Below, piece after piece: positions 1-9,578 of a stretch of 64,000 nt of DNA. Both the position numbers and the translations under genes were made by a program. Source of the DNA: an uncultured Pirellulaceae bacterium (GTDB lineage: Bacteria; Planctomycetota; Planctomycetia; Pirellulales; Pirellulaceae); contig CAXBGS010000004.1 in assembly GCA_963975425.1 (NCBI GenBank), positions 525,953 to 589,952 of the forward strand, read 5' to 3'. Below the pieces are notes generated by a model, which worked only from the letters and a program-made list of their open reading frames with translations, was not told where the DNA came from and did no database searches. Every line of letters starts with the position of its first letter. Position 1 is the stretch's first letter.

Positions 1-1046
1 TTCGACCGGAACTGTTCACTTGAAAACTCGGACGCGTGATCCGCGCACGACTTGGGGTCAAAATCGCTCGAATTAAACTCGACGATGCATTCGGCAAGAG
101 ACTCCGACGACTGTTGGTCAAAAAACACGCCGGTTTCACCGTCGACCACCGTCTCGAGTGCCCCACCGGCACGAAATGCGATTACGGGGCAACCGGCTGC
201 TTGGGCTTCGACGGGTGTGATGCCGAAGTCTTCGATGCCGGGGAAGACGAATGCAGTTGCGGTCTCAAGATGCTCTTTGAGTGTGCTGAAGGGCTGACGC
301 CCCATGAACGTGATGTTCGACTTGGCCATCGCTTCTAATTTGCTGCGCTCGGGCCCGTCGCCAATCACCACCAGCCGTTTTCCTAAACGATTGAACGCCG
401 CGACGGCCAGGTCGATCCGCTTGTATGGAACGAGTTCTGAGATCACCAAGTAAAATGGCTTGCGCTGCCGATCCGAACGGAAGTCATCGACCGCCACAGG
501 AGGATAAATGACCTCGGCATCGCGTTGGTAGTACTTCGCGATTCGTTCGGCCACGAACTTGGAATTCGCAACGAAGTGGGTCACCTTTTGCGCGGCCAAG
601 AAATCGAACCGCCGCAGCGCGGGCGCAAATCGATCCAGCATCACCCGCGCGGCCAGCGAAGCTTTCTTGTATTCAGCTCCCATTTCCCACAGATACCTGG
701 GCGGGGAATGGCAGTAACAGACGTGTGTCGTCTCGGGTGACGTCTTGATTCCTTTGATCATCGATGCGTCGCTGCTGAGCAACAGATCAACGTCGTCAGG
801 AATGCTCATGCGCCCGATCGCAAAAGGATGGGCGGGCAGCAAATGACGGTAGAATTTCTCGACGCCGGGAATGCGATTCAGCTCACTGGCGATCACCTTG
901 CGATTGGCGATGCCGGGGATCAGCACCTTGTCGTCAAATACCAATGTGTGGATGTCCGCATCAGGTGCGAGCAACGCGATCTGTTCTAAGACACGCTCGC
1001 CACCGCGATAGCTTGTCATCCAGTGATGCGCTAGTGCAATTTTCAT
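1..1046 (-). CDS. Glycosyltransferase family 4 (GT4), partial; C-terminus lies beyond window start
   Basis: ATG at 1046-1044 followed by an open minus-strand frame to position 1. Translation begins MKIALAHHWMTSYRGGERVLEQ and ends with the GT-B C-terminal EDFGITPVEAQAAGCPVIAFRAGG motif typical of GT4. It lies 3 nt upstream of the sugar transferase stop, so the two are probably in one operon. It is missing from the ORF track only because it is truncated by the window edge. Confidence 0.7.
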   Translation of the reverse strand, partial: MKIALAHHWMTSYRGGERVLEQIALLAPDADIHTLVFDDKVLIPGIANRKVIASELNRIPGVEKFYRHLLPAHPFAIGRMSIPDDVDLLLSSDASMIKGIKTSPETTHVCYCHSPPRYLWEMGAEYKKASLAARVMLDRFAPALRRFDFLAAQKVTHFVANSKFVAERIAKYYQRDAEVIYPPVAVDDFRSDRQRKPFYLVISELVPYKRIDLAVAAFNRLGKRLVVIGDGPERSKLEAMAKSNITFMGRQPFSTLKEHLETATAFVFPGIEDFGITPVEAQAAGCPVIAFRAGGALETVVDGETGVFFDQQSSESLAECIVEFNSSDFDPKSCADHASEFSSEQFRS

Positions 1047-1049
1047 GAC

Positions 1050-2570
1050 CTAGTACGCTCCGCGTTTGGTAAGTACTGCTGGCGGTGTCTTCATCAGAAT
1101 CCAAGCATCCAGCCAGGGCGACCAGTTTTTGGCGTAGTGACGGACCAGAAAAACTCGCGTGTCGAAATTTGTTTCGTTCCGACCGGACACCTGCCAGAGG
1201 CCCGTGATGCCGGGCCACATTTGTGTGTATTCGTAGTAGTTTGCGTCGTACAACACAATTTCGTTTTCGGGCACCGGACGTGGTCCGACCAAGCTCATCT
1301 GGCCCACCAGCACATTCCACAACTGCGGCAGCTCATCGATGCTCCAGCGACGCATCAGTTTGCCGACGCCGCCGATGATCCGCGGATCATTCTTTAGTTT
1401 TTGCGTGTGTTGCCATTCTTCTCGCGCCGCCGGGTCTTCGGCGAGTTTCTGTTGCAAGGCCTTGTCCGCATCAACGACCATCGTGCGGAATTTCCACATC
1501 TTAAAAGGCTTACCGTGTTGACCAATCCGAGGACTGGCGTAGAACACGGGACCGGGCGCGACCACTTTAATGATGGCCGCGACCACCAACATTGGAATCG
1601 CCAGCAACATCAGCGCGGGAATGACAATGACCAAGTCTGTGGCACGTTTGACGAACCGTGGAACGAGCCGCAGGAACGGCAGGTTCACGTGCGTCACGCA
1701 AATTTCCGGCAAGCTTGACGTATCGATTTCGCCGTCATCGGAATCTGCATGCCCCAGCCAAGCGATGCTGGGGAACTGAAACAGCAGACGATCCGTCCAA
1801 CGAGACTGTGCTTCCGAAGAAACGAGTCCCACCAGGGGCGCTCGATGTTGGCACGCGATCTCAACCGCCTCGTCATGCGTCCCCAACATTTCTGGATCGT
1901 GGATCGCGGCGGATTCATCGACAGAGCGACCGCTGGTGTAACCGACCGGCACGAATCCCGACCAGCGCCGCACTTTGAGATCCGCAACGGTTTTCCGGCA
2001 CTGATCGCGGTTCCCGATCAACAACACTCGCAGTCCCCACCAGGACGTCTTTGATAAAAGTCTTCTTGAGAAACCACGAGCGATCGGCAGCAGACCGGCT
2101 ACCGCAATGGCGGCAAATGCAAACGTGACAAACTCGATTCGCGGCAGTTCCCCGAAAATAATGTTGACCGTTGAAAGGCAGAAAAAACTGACGCACGTCG
2201 ATCGGACAATGCCTCGCAGCTCGGCAACCGAACTGATTCCGGCGCCGGGATAAAGTTGATGAAGGGAAAACAGTACCCACTGAAACAGCAAGGCGACCGG
2301 AACTTGCTTCCAGACCCTGAGATTGAACGTATGCCCCTGGCTGAAATTCACAACCCAGCATGCAAGTAACAAGCACAGACTGGTCACGACCATATCGACC
2401 AGCAGTATCGGCAGACCTGTTCGCAACGATTGAACGGCATAACTGACACACAACCGCCGCTGCGGTTTATTAGCGGTGTGATTGGCTAGTACATTCTCAA
2501 TCGACTCGGCCGCCTTGGACGTCGCGCGTTGATGCGCTTTATGCAGCACCAATGCCGGCGGCAGGTCCAT
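1050..2570 (-). CDS. Undecaprenyl-phosphate sugar phosphotransferase (WbaP/bacterial sugar transferase family, initiating enzyme of polysaccharide synthesis)
   Basis: C-terminal catalytic domain reads PRIGQHGKPFKMWKFRTMVVDADK...SIDELPQLWNVLVGQMSLVGPRP, the hallmark of the bacterial sugar transferase (PGT) family. It has an N-terminal multi-TM region. The first ATG (MDLPPALV) is at 2570; the track ORF extends to a GTG at 2606. Confidence 0.8.
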   Translation of the reverse strand: MDLPPALVLHKAHQRATSKAAESIENVLANHTANKPQRRLCVSYAVQSLRTGLPILLVDMVVTSLCLLLACWVVNFSQGHTFNLRVWKQVPVALLFQWVLFSLHQLYPGAGISSVAELRGIVRSTCVSFFCLSTVNIIFGELPRIEFVTFAFAAIAVAGLLPIARGFSRRLLSKTSWWGLRVLLIGNRDQCRKTVADLKVRRWSGFVPVGYTSGRSVDESAAIHDPEMLGTHDEAVEIACQHRAPLVGLVSSEAQSRWTDRLLFQFPSIAWLGHADSDDGEIDTSSLPEICVTHVNLPFLRLVPRFVKRATDLVIVIPALMLLAIPMLVVAAIIKVVAPGPVFYASPRIGQHGKPFKMWKFRTMVVDADKALQQKLAEDPAAREEWQHTQKLKNDPRIIGGVGKLMRRWSIDELPQLWNVLVGQMSLVGPRPVPENEIVLYDANYYEYTQMWPGITGLWQVSGRNETNFDTRVFLVRHYAKNWSPWLDAWILMKTPPAVLTKRGAY

Positions 2571-2799
2571 GCGAGGTTCAAGAATGGGTGGCGATGATTC
2601 AATCACGAATACACTCGTCTGGTAATTGCCGGCGTCGTATCCACGAACTCAACACGAGTTATTGGGATTGTGTATCCATTCGAGCCGCCAGGCATGGGAG
2701 GGGCGTCACTCTCTTGTTTCGGACAGACAATCCGCCTTCTTTCATCTTGTCACCGCAGCCGACAAATCTGGAACACTCCGGCCGCGCGTCACAACCACA

Positions 2800-5187
2800 T
2801 CAACCGGCAACGCGAGCACGCTTGGAATGAGGCGGTCGCACCCCGTCGTGAGAGCGTGCCCCCTGTGCCGGCGGAACTTCTTGGGCCGCGTATTGGTTGT
2901 GATAGTGACCGACGTAACCGTAGCGGTCTCGCGAATAAGAACCGTAGCCGTACGACTTTTTCGCTTCCCCGTCGATTCCGTTGACGACAACGGCGGTCGG
3001 CGTCACCTCGATGTCTTGCAAGATCCGAACCGCGTTTTCGACGGGACGACGCCCGTTCTTGTTCACGCGAACGGTCAGCACGACCGCGTCGACCGATGGT
3101 GCGATGATCGCCGGATCGGCAACGGCCAAGAGTGGCGGGGCGTCGATCAGAATCAGATCGTAACTGCGGCGTGCTTCTTTCAGCATGACCGTCAGACGTT
3201 GCGATTCAAGCAGTTCTGCCGGCACCGATGTGGCCTGTCCGTTGGGAAGAATGCTCAACCCAGGCACGACCGATTCCACGGCGGATTCCTCCAGCGTTTT
3301 TTCTCCGATCAGTACGTCGGACAAGCCCGGCTGGTCGGTGATTCCGAACAGACCCGCGATGACAGGCCGCCGCATGTCGGCATCGATCAAGAGGACTTTT
3401 TTGCCAGCGCGTGCGAACGAAATTGCGAGGTTCGATATCGTGGTCGACTTGCCGTCGCCCGGCTGTGGACTGGTCATCATCATGGTTTGCACGGAACCCT
3501 TGCGGTTGGAAACCATCAATGAAGTCCGTGCGACGCGGTAAACCTCTGATTCAGCGGCTCGCGGTGCGTGGAAGGCGACCAGCGACGGTTCGACTAGAGA
3601 ATCCGGGTCAACACGATCCCGCATTTCACGGGCATCGAATCTCGGCACGTGTGCGATCGCAGGTGCACCGACGGCATTTTCCAGATCGTCAACGCTGCCA
3701 AACGTCGAATCGAACATTTCAGCGGTCAGAGCGATCACCAGGCCGAGACCGATTCCGAAACAAAGTCCCAGCGCACCAACGATGGGCAAATTGGGCCATG
3801 CGGCGTATTTGGCCGGTTCGGGGTTAGCCAACAGATCCGTGGAAAACCCGGCGTATGACCGCGAGAGATTCAATTCCTGTAACCGACGAATCACTTCGTC
3901 GTAACGCAATTGAGCTCGATTGCGAGCGGCCAACAAAGACTTGCCCTTCATCACGTCGCCTTCAAGCTGCTTTGCCAAAGAAAGCTCTTTCGCGGATTCG
4001 TCGAGAAGGATCTCTTCGCGTTTTTCTAATTCGGCGATGTCATTTCGCAGCAACATCGTATAGGTGTCCAGCATCTCTGCGGGTTCCAGATCCATGCGCT
4101 GTTCTGGTTTGACGTCGGGCGAATTGGCTTCGATAAACTGACGCGTGATCGCGGTTTCTTGCCGAGCGGCTTCGACCAGCGGATGCCCCGCGCCGTAGGC
4201 GTCACTGAGCGCGATCTCTTTTTGAATCAGATCTAACAGCCGGTTGTACTGGGCGCGAGCAACTTCTTGGCGCATGGGCTGTTCCGCCTGAAACGCCTCG
4301 GACTGAGACTGCCCGCGGGACATATCGAGAAACAGTTTCAATCGCTCAACTTCCTTCTGGCTGAGCAGCGCCAAATGATCCATTTGGCCGACCGCACGCC
4401 CCAAGTTCTGATCGAGATAGCTCTTGATAACTTGCAACCTTGATTCGTTCTCGGACAGCGAACTTCTAACTTCGTTGAGTTCCGTCTCAATGCGGGCAAG
4501 ACGATCCTTGTGAATGTCTTGGACCTTGTCGCCTTCCATCAGGACGGGCACGGACTGCACAAAGTTGCGGTATTCGTTGTCCGCTCTGGCCAATTCGACT
4601 TCATGTTTTTCTCGTGCATCTTCGATCAACAGCACGGCTTGCTCGCTGCTGTTCTGGCCGTGCGATTCGACGTAATCGCGATAGCTTTCATAGATCGCGG
4701 CGAGCACCAAGGCTGCGTCGCTGGGGCTCGGGTCTCGATATGTCGCACGCAGCACCATCGCGTCGCTCGCGCTGCCTTCACCGCCTCGCTGCACTTCCAA
4801 GTTCTTTAAGATGTGGTCAATCAAGTTGCCGCCATTGTCCGCGGCATCGTTGATCGATTGCACCTGACGCAGATTCCCAACCTCGATTGCATTAGCGATC
4901 AGGCGTCGGCCCGCGAACAATCGCATGTGCGTCGCCAGTTGGTCTTCTTGAATGGCGTCGCCACTGGCACTGGCTCCGGACATCGTGCCGCGGTTGGTCA
5001 GTTCGCTGGAACGTTGACCGACTAAAATTTCGATCTGAGATTCATAAGTTGGCGTCGTCGAAAAATAGTAGAGCGCCGAAAGTGAAACGCCCAGCACGAT
5101 ACCAAACATCAGATGCGACCACCGACGGCGGAGCATCCCCACGACATCAATCTCGATCGTTGACGTTTTGCGACCAGAATCTTCCAT
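2800..5187 (-). CDS. Polysaccharide co-polymerase / BY-type tyrosine autokinase (Wzc/GumC-like chain-length determinant)
   Basis: N-terminal IEIDVVGMLRRRW segment plus a TM helix match the Wzz/PCP family. There is a long coiled-coil periplasmic region and a second TM. The C-terminal P-loop ATPase reads MMMTSPQPGDGKSTTISNLAISFARAGKKVLLIDADMRRP (Walker A). A Tyr-rich tail (YGYGSYSRDRYGYVGHYHNQY) fits a BY-kinase tyrosine cluster. The start is chosen at ATG 5187 (MEDSGRK); TTG 5256 and ATG 5244 are alternatives. Confidence 0.8.
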   Translation of the reverse strand: MEDSGRKTSTIEIDVVGMLRRRWSHLMFGIVLGVSLSALYYFSTTPTYESQIEILVGQRSSELTNRGTMSGASASGDAIQEDQLATHMRLFAGRRLIANAIEVGNLRQVQSINDAADNGGNLIDHILKNLEVQRGGEGSASDAMVLRATYRDPSPSDAALVLAAIYESYRDYVESHGQNSSEQAVLLIEDAREKHEVELARADNEYRNFVQSVPVLMEGDKVQDIHKDRLARIETELNEVRSSLSENESRLQVIKSYLDQNLGRAVGQMDHLALLSQKEVERLKLFLDMSRGQSQSEAFQAEQPMRQEVARAQYNRLLDLIQKEIALSDAYGAGHPLVEAARQETAITRQFIEANSPDVKPEQRMDLEPAEMLDTYTMLLRNDIAELEKREEILLDESAKELSLAKQLEGDVMKGKSLLAARNRAQLRYDEVIRRLQELNLSRSYAGFSTDLLANPEPAKYAAWPNLPIVGALGLCFGIGLGLVIALTAEMFDSTFGSVDDLENAVGAPAIAHVPRFDAREMRDRVDPDSLVEPSLVAFHAPRAAESEVYRVARTSLMVSNRKGSVQTMMMTSPQPGDGKSTTISNLAISFARAGKKVLLIDADMRRPVIAGLFGITDQPGLSDVLIGEKTLEESAVESVVPGLSILPNGQATSVPAELLESQRLTVMLKEARRSYDLILIDAPPLLAVADPAIIAPSVDAVVLTVRVNKNGRRPVENAVRILQDIEVTPTAVVVNGIDGEAKKSYGYGSYSRDRYGYVGHYHNQYAAQEVPPAQGARSHDGVRPPHSKRARVAG

Positions 5188-5430
5188 GTTGTTGCCTAAA
5201 TCCGTTGGGCAGAGCTGTCGCGCAGCGTCACTGCGCAGAACCATTGCATCATGCAAATTTGCCGCCCCGATGCGATTCGATGGCGCATCGCGGGCGTCGG
5301 ACGCAGAATCTGCGTCACTTCAGATATCGACGGCTTCAGGTCCGACCACAACGAAAGTTGACGTCGGTGCGGTCGTCCGGCCCGTACCGGTTGTGCCGAT
5401 TAACAATAGAGTGCCACGCGAGAGCGCCGC

Positions 5431-8217
5431 TCAATCGAAATCGCGTTGGCGGCTGATATCTTGCCTAATCCCTACAGTCAAATCACCGAATCGATGATCA
5501 CCGGGATGAAGCGTTGATCCAAAAATCGATTGCTTCAGAGCTTCCTCGTAATCGCCGCCACGCCGTAGCGCCTGAACATAGCCGAACCGAAACTCTTGAT
5601 TTTTGTTATTCGATTCCAATGCTTGTTTCCAGTATTCGATCGCACGCTGCTGGTCACCCACGGCGTGATAGATACCCGCAAGTGCCGCGTTGATGTGGCC
5701 TTCGTCAAAGTCAGCCTCTTCGGTCAGATACTCGATCAGATCCTCTGCGACGTCCTCCGCCACCATCGGCGACTCGCGGTCAGCGCTCTCGACGAGTTGG
5801 GCGAACATGTCAGGGCGGCGAGAGGGGATCAGATGACGCGCGATCTCGATTGCGGGCAGCTTTCCGGTGGCGTGGGCAAAGATTTTCGCGAGGTGAACGT
5901 GGTGGGCAGAAATCGACTTGGACCACTGATCGATTGCCAAATCGTCTAACCCGTTCTGCAGCGCGACCAACCCGTTGGAATACAGTGATGCGGGATTGTT
6001 TAGGTTCAGTTTCGCGCACGATTCGACCCAGGGTTCCACCGGCATGCTGGTCAGCGGCGCGAGCGACAAACAAGTCGCGTGGGTCACCGGATCCAGTGGA
6101 TTCCGCTGCATTGATTTGGCCAAATGATTCAGCGTGATTGCGACCTGCGTCCGCATTTCGGGTGTCTTGAGCAGGTATTCCAGCAGAGTTTCACGGGAGG
6201 CCTTGTCGAGCGCCGCAATCGTCGCTGCCAACGCTTCGGGCCTCGTATCTTGCCACGCGACTTGTTCGTCAGCGTTTTCGGCCAACTCGATCAGCATGAT
6301 TCGATAAACCATGAAACTCAGGTTGGCCCGGCGTCGATACAAATCGGCACGATCGGGCTGGGTACGAATCGTTTCATCCACCGCCGCTATCTGTTTTTCG
6401 ATCGATGCCAACCTGGGGCGATCTTGTGACCGCGACGCACGAACCGAATTCAAAATGGTCTCGGTCGTCGCGTTGCGATACGCAACGGCACTGCAGAAAA
6501 ACAGCAACAGTCCGCTGACGAGGACCCAAACTGCGGGCATTCGATATAGCGAATACCGCAACTCGGTCTTGCGCACCGGGTCTTTAACGGAATCGCTGCC
6601 GATCGATGGATTTCCTTGTCGAGACTTTCGATACGCCGCATAGGAACGTTCGGCGGCAGCGACGACGCCGATCAAGCAAGCGTACAGCATCATGTTTGCG
6701 GGAATGATCAGCACAAAATCGAACGCGCTTTGAATCGCACCGCACAACAGAATTGCCATCCCGATCAAGCCCCAACTGCTTTTTTCGCGATGAGCGTCTT
6801 GGCGGAGCAGGCGCCAAGCGGTGATCGAGAACCAGGCCAGGGCGGCAACCAGCAACCCGATGCCGACGATTCCCATTTCGGTGGCCACTTCGAGGTACTG
6901 ATTGTGGGCCTCACGAAACCAGGTTCGTCGCGGTTCGGTTTGAATCGGAAGCGTCGCGAACCCGAACGTCCCCAGACCGCTGCCGCCTGGTTGGTAATGC
7001 CAAGCCGCTGCTGCGGCGTCTTTCCAATGATCCCAGCGTTGGTCGCCGCTAAAACTCTTGACCGATACTTGATTCGCCCGCTTCGAAATCGTCTGTCGAA
7101 TTCCCGTCAATGCGATCACGCTGAGAATCAACAACACCGCGGATCCTGCCAACACAAGCATCTGTTTTTTCGACATCACGAAACGGCTGGACGAGCCGAT
7201 CACGACCGCCGCGATCAATGCCGTAAACCAAGCGCCGCGTGAGAGCGATGCGATAAGTGCAGCGGCCAGCAAACTTGCCAACGCAATCAGCGTTAGCGTG
7301 CGGGGTTGCAACAGGAATGCCGGGCTAAGGCTGACCGCGGGAGGACTGCCAAGCGATCCGGGAGACCGCCCGCCACCGCTGCGTTGCCCGTAAAATATCG
7401 CTGCAATCGCGGCGAAGCCAGGCAGCAGCGCCGCGGCACCCGCGTTCTTGTAAATGAAACTCGAAAAGGGAGCATTCGAGAAAACATTCTCGACGCCCGG
7501 CAAGATATAGGCATCACCACCGGCGCGCTGAATGATTCCCCACGCCGCCAGCAACGACATATTGACGATCAATACCCACAATAGCGAGGTTCGCGACTCC
7601 CGGGATTCGAACAAGATTGCCGACAGCACCATGACACTGAACGACAACAAATACGGCACCATCGCTTGCCGTGATAGGTGGGGGACCACACTGACACTGC
7701 TTGCCAACCGTGACGGCAATTGCGTTTCATCGATCTCGGTGATCGCAGATTCCAATCGAGCCACGGCAGGTTCGGCGATCTGACGATCAACGGACATCGC
7801 ACCGGGATATGCGAACCCCAGGGCGGATCCAACCGGAACGGACTGAATCAATGCGTAGAAGATCCAGATCAACGCAATCGAAAACATCACGACAGGCAAA
7901 CGTCGCGACTTTCGAGAAAACGAGCGGTTGGCTGCCAACGTCAGGACCGACGCGATACCCAACAGGACACTGACGTGAAATTGCCCGTCCGGGTCGACAC
8001 CGCCGAATCGCCATGCCGAGTAGACCAGACACAGCAACACGAGACCTCGCGCGATGGCCACACAATAACGATCCCAGGCCCAGGCTTGATCGAACGATTC
8101 GCCGCTGGCTTGCCGACGCGATTGCGAAAGATAACGACGCGAGGAAGAGGTCCCTCCCCGTCGGCCCGTTTGGTACGTTTGAGGCACTTCGCGCGGGATC
8201 GGCTTCTCGTCTGCCAA
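5431..8217 (-). CDS. O-antigen ligase (Wzy_C) domain membrane protein fused to a C-terminal TPR-repeat domain
   Basis: It has about 10 predicted TM helices. The Wzy_C signature reads WHYQPGGSGLGTFGFATL...REAHNQYLEVATEMGIVG. The C-terminal ~350 aa are soluble with TPR-like repeats (AIEYWKQALESNNKNQEFRFGYVQALRRGGDYEEA). The 5-prime-most in-frame start is TTG at 8217; the true start is uncertain. Confidence 0.65.
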   Translation of the reverse strand: MADEKPIPREVPQTYQTGRRGGTSSSRRYLSQSRRQASGESFDQAWAWDRYCVAIARGLVLLCLVYSAWRFGGVDPDGQFHVSVLLGIASVLTLAANRSFSRKSRRLPVVMFSIALIWIFYALIQSVPVGSALGFAYPGAMSVDRQIAEPAVARLESAITEIDETQLPSRLASSVSVVPHLSRQAMVPYLLSFSVMVLSAILFESRESRTSLLWVLIVNMSLLAAWGIIQRAGGDAYILPGVENVFSNAPFSSFIYKNAGAAALLPGFAAIAAIFYGQRSGGGRSPGSLGSPPAVSLSPAFLLQPRTLTLIALASLLAAALIASLSRGAWFTALIAAVVIGSSSRFVMSKKQMLVLAGSAVLLILSVIALTGIRQTISKRANQVSVKSFSGDQRWDHWKDAAAAAWHYQPGGSGLGTFGFATLPIQTEPRRTWFREAHNQYLEVATEMGIVGIGLLVAALAWFSITAWRLLRQDAHREKSSWGLIGMAILLCGAIQSAFDFVLIIPANMMLYACLIGVVAAAERSYAAYRKSRQGNPSIGSDSVKDPVRKTELRYSLYRMPAVWVLVSGLLLFFCSAVAYRNATTETILNSVRASRSQDRPRLASIEKQIAAVDETIRTQPDRADLYRRRANLSFMVYRIMLIELAENADEQVAWQDTRPEALAATIAALDKASRETLLEYLLKTPEMRTQVAITLNHLAKSMQRNPLDPVTHATCLSLAPLTSMPVEPWVESCAKLNLNNPASLYSNGLVALQNGLDDLAIDQWSKSISAHHVHLAKIFAHATGKLPAIEIARHLIPSRRPDMFAQLVESADRESPMVAEDVAEDLIEYLTEEADFDEGHINAALAGIYHAVGDQQRAIEYWKQALESNNKNQEFRFGYVQALRRGGDYEEALKQSIFGSTLHPGDHRFGDLTVGIRQDISRQRDFD

Positions 8218-8238
8218 GAGGCTGACTCCATGAAAAAT

Positions 8239-8264
8239 CCGAGCCGACGATCAAGTCGGCTCGG
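8239..8264 (-). terminator. Perfect 10-bp-stem hairpin (CCGAGCCGAC-gatcaa-GTCGGCTCGG) followed on the minus strand by GATTTTTCAT; candidate intrinsic terminator or attenuator
   Basis: Seen directly in the sequence. It lies 60 nt downstream of the 8324..8929 gene stop and about 20 nt upstream of the Wzy_C-TPR gene start. Confidence 0.35.
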
Positions 8265-8323
8265 ACATTAGTTGTTCAGTGAACCCTCTTTTTAGAGGGA
8301 TCATCGTCGATCGGCAATATCGA

Positions 8324-8929
8324 CTAGTTTGTCATCGATTGCGAAGCGACCGGGCCAGGGCTGTCATCGTCGGAAACCGTCAAAGGAATCGCAACCGCGG
8401 CTCCCACGGTACCCAGCAGGCCAAGTCCCGAGCGACCGCCTAGCAAACCACCACGACTGCCACCGCCGCCGCCACCGCTGAGGGTGCGAACGGATCCGCC
8501 GCCACCGGAGAACCCGCCACCAACATCACCGAGTGGTTGCTCGCTCAGCAATGTGTCACTAATGATACTCTCGCCAACGGGGCCATTTGCCTCGAGTCCG
8601 GCCAAGTACTTGTCCAATCCTGGCAGTGATTGACGCAGCGTGATGGCCTCTTCGCGAGCCGCCAAGAACAAGTCTTCGTTCTGGACGCCTTCGTCAAGCA
8701 TGTCGTCGATGTTTTTCACAAAAGCATCGAGCTTTGCGACCATTACATCGATGGCTGTTTCACCGATAACAATTTCTTCGCGCAACGCGTCAAGCGTCGT
8801 CGTCAGCTCTTGTTCCGCATTGATCGCTTGCGTTTGTGCCGGCGACGCCATGAAAGCTTGGCTCGTCGAGGAAATCCCCATGCCGAGCGCGATAGCCAAT
8901 GCAGCGGATGTGATTCGCAGCGTTTTCAT
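8324..8929 (-). CDS. Secreted hypothetical protein with C-terminal Gly-rich tract
   Basis: ATG at 8929 gives MKTLRITSAALAIALGMGISSTSQA, a signal peptide with an AXA-like cleavage site. The middle is acidic and helical. The C-terminus reads GGGFSGGGGSVRTLSGGGGGGSRGGLLGGRSGLGLLG. I recognise no family. Confidence 0.5.
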   Translation of the reverse strand: MKTLRITSAALAIALGMGISSTSQAFMASPAQTQAINAEQELTTTLDALREEIVIGETAIDVMVAKLDAFVKNIDDMLDEGVQNEDLFLAAREEAITLRQSLPGLDKYLAGLEANGPVGESIISDTLLSEQPLGDVGGGFSGGGGSVRTLSGGGGGGSRGGLLGGRSGLGLLGTVGAAVAIPLTVSDDDSPGPVASQSMTN

Positions 8930-9578
8930 CGAATTTGTTTCCTCGAGTTTCTTCATCAATTGGCGGAGTGGCTCGTTGTAAGCCGTCTTGATCCACCTAA
9001 ATGTTGTGGTGATGCCATAGTCCCGTGCCAGAGTGTTGGTCCCACGATCGTGCGGGTGCATCTCGGCGAAACGACTCAAGACTTTAGATCGTCGTTAGTG
9101 AGAGGCAAATTGAAACCTCTCGCGTGTATGCCGGTCGGTGGATTGATGAGGGTTGATCGGACCGCCGCACAACAGGATCAACCGGAATGATCGAGACAGC
9201 CGCCCTAAGCGACGACCGCATAATCGACCCAGCGGCTAAAACGTGAAAAGATGACCCGGCCTACTAACTCGATGAACCACCCGAAAAAATCGGCAAATCC
9301 ATCGTCTTTTTTTACCTCGGATCCTCACGGGATTGCCTCGTGGCCGATTGCGTGGTTCGGTTTGCGAGGAAAGATTCGAAGTTGCGGAGAACCGCATATC
9401 ACCGAGGCTTAGGAGCATCAGCGGGGGCGAGTTGGGGCTAAACCCGAACAGCTGTGCGGGTTCTGGGGTTCCCGAACCGCCAAACCAAGACAAAAGCGAA
9501 AAACAATTCTCACCCGGGGATGGCAAGGCTGGCCGTTCAACTAGGATTGGAGTCAAAAAAGCGAGCACCACACAAGCA

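Noticed and set aside
36-338. Plus-strand ORFs 36..338 and 52..297 at the window start
   Set aside because: They overlap the minus-strand GT4 glycosyltransferase, whose translation has clear family motifs.
9333-9578. Upstream in-frame extension of the HHxxxDG acyltransferase ORF (track start 9333)
   Set aside because: The extension is low-complexity (PRGRLRGS..., GSGVPEPPNQ) with no homology signal. ATG 9579 gives a WS/DGAT-like N-terminus, and the extension is probably leader sequence.
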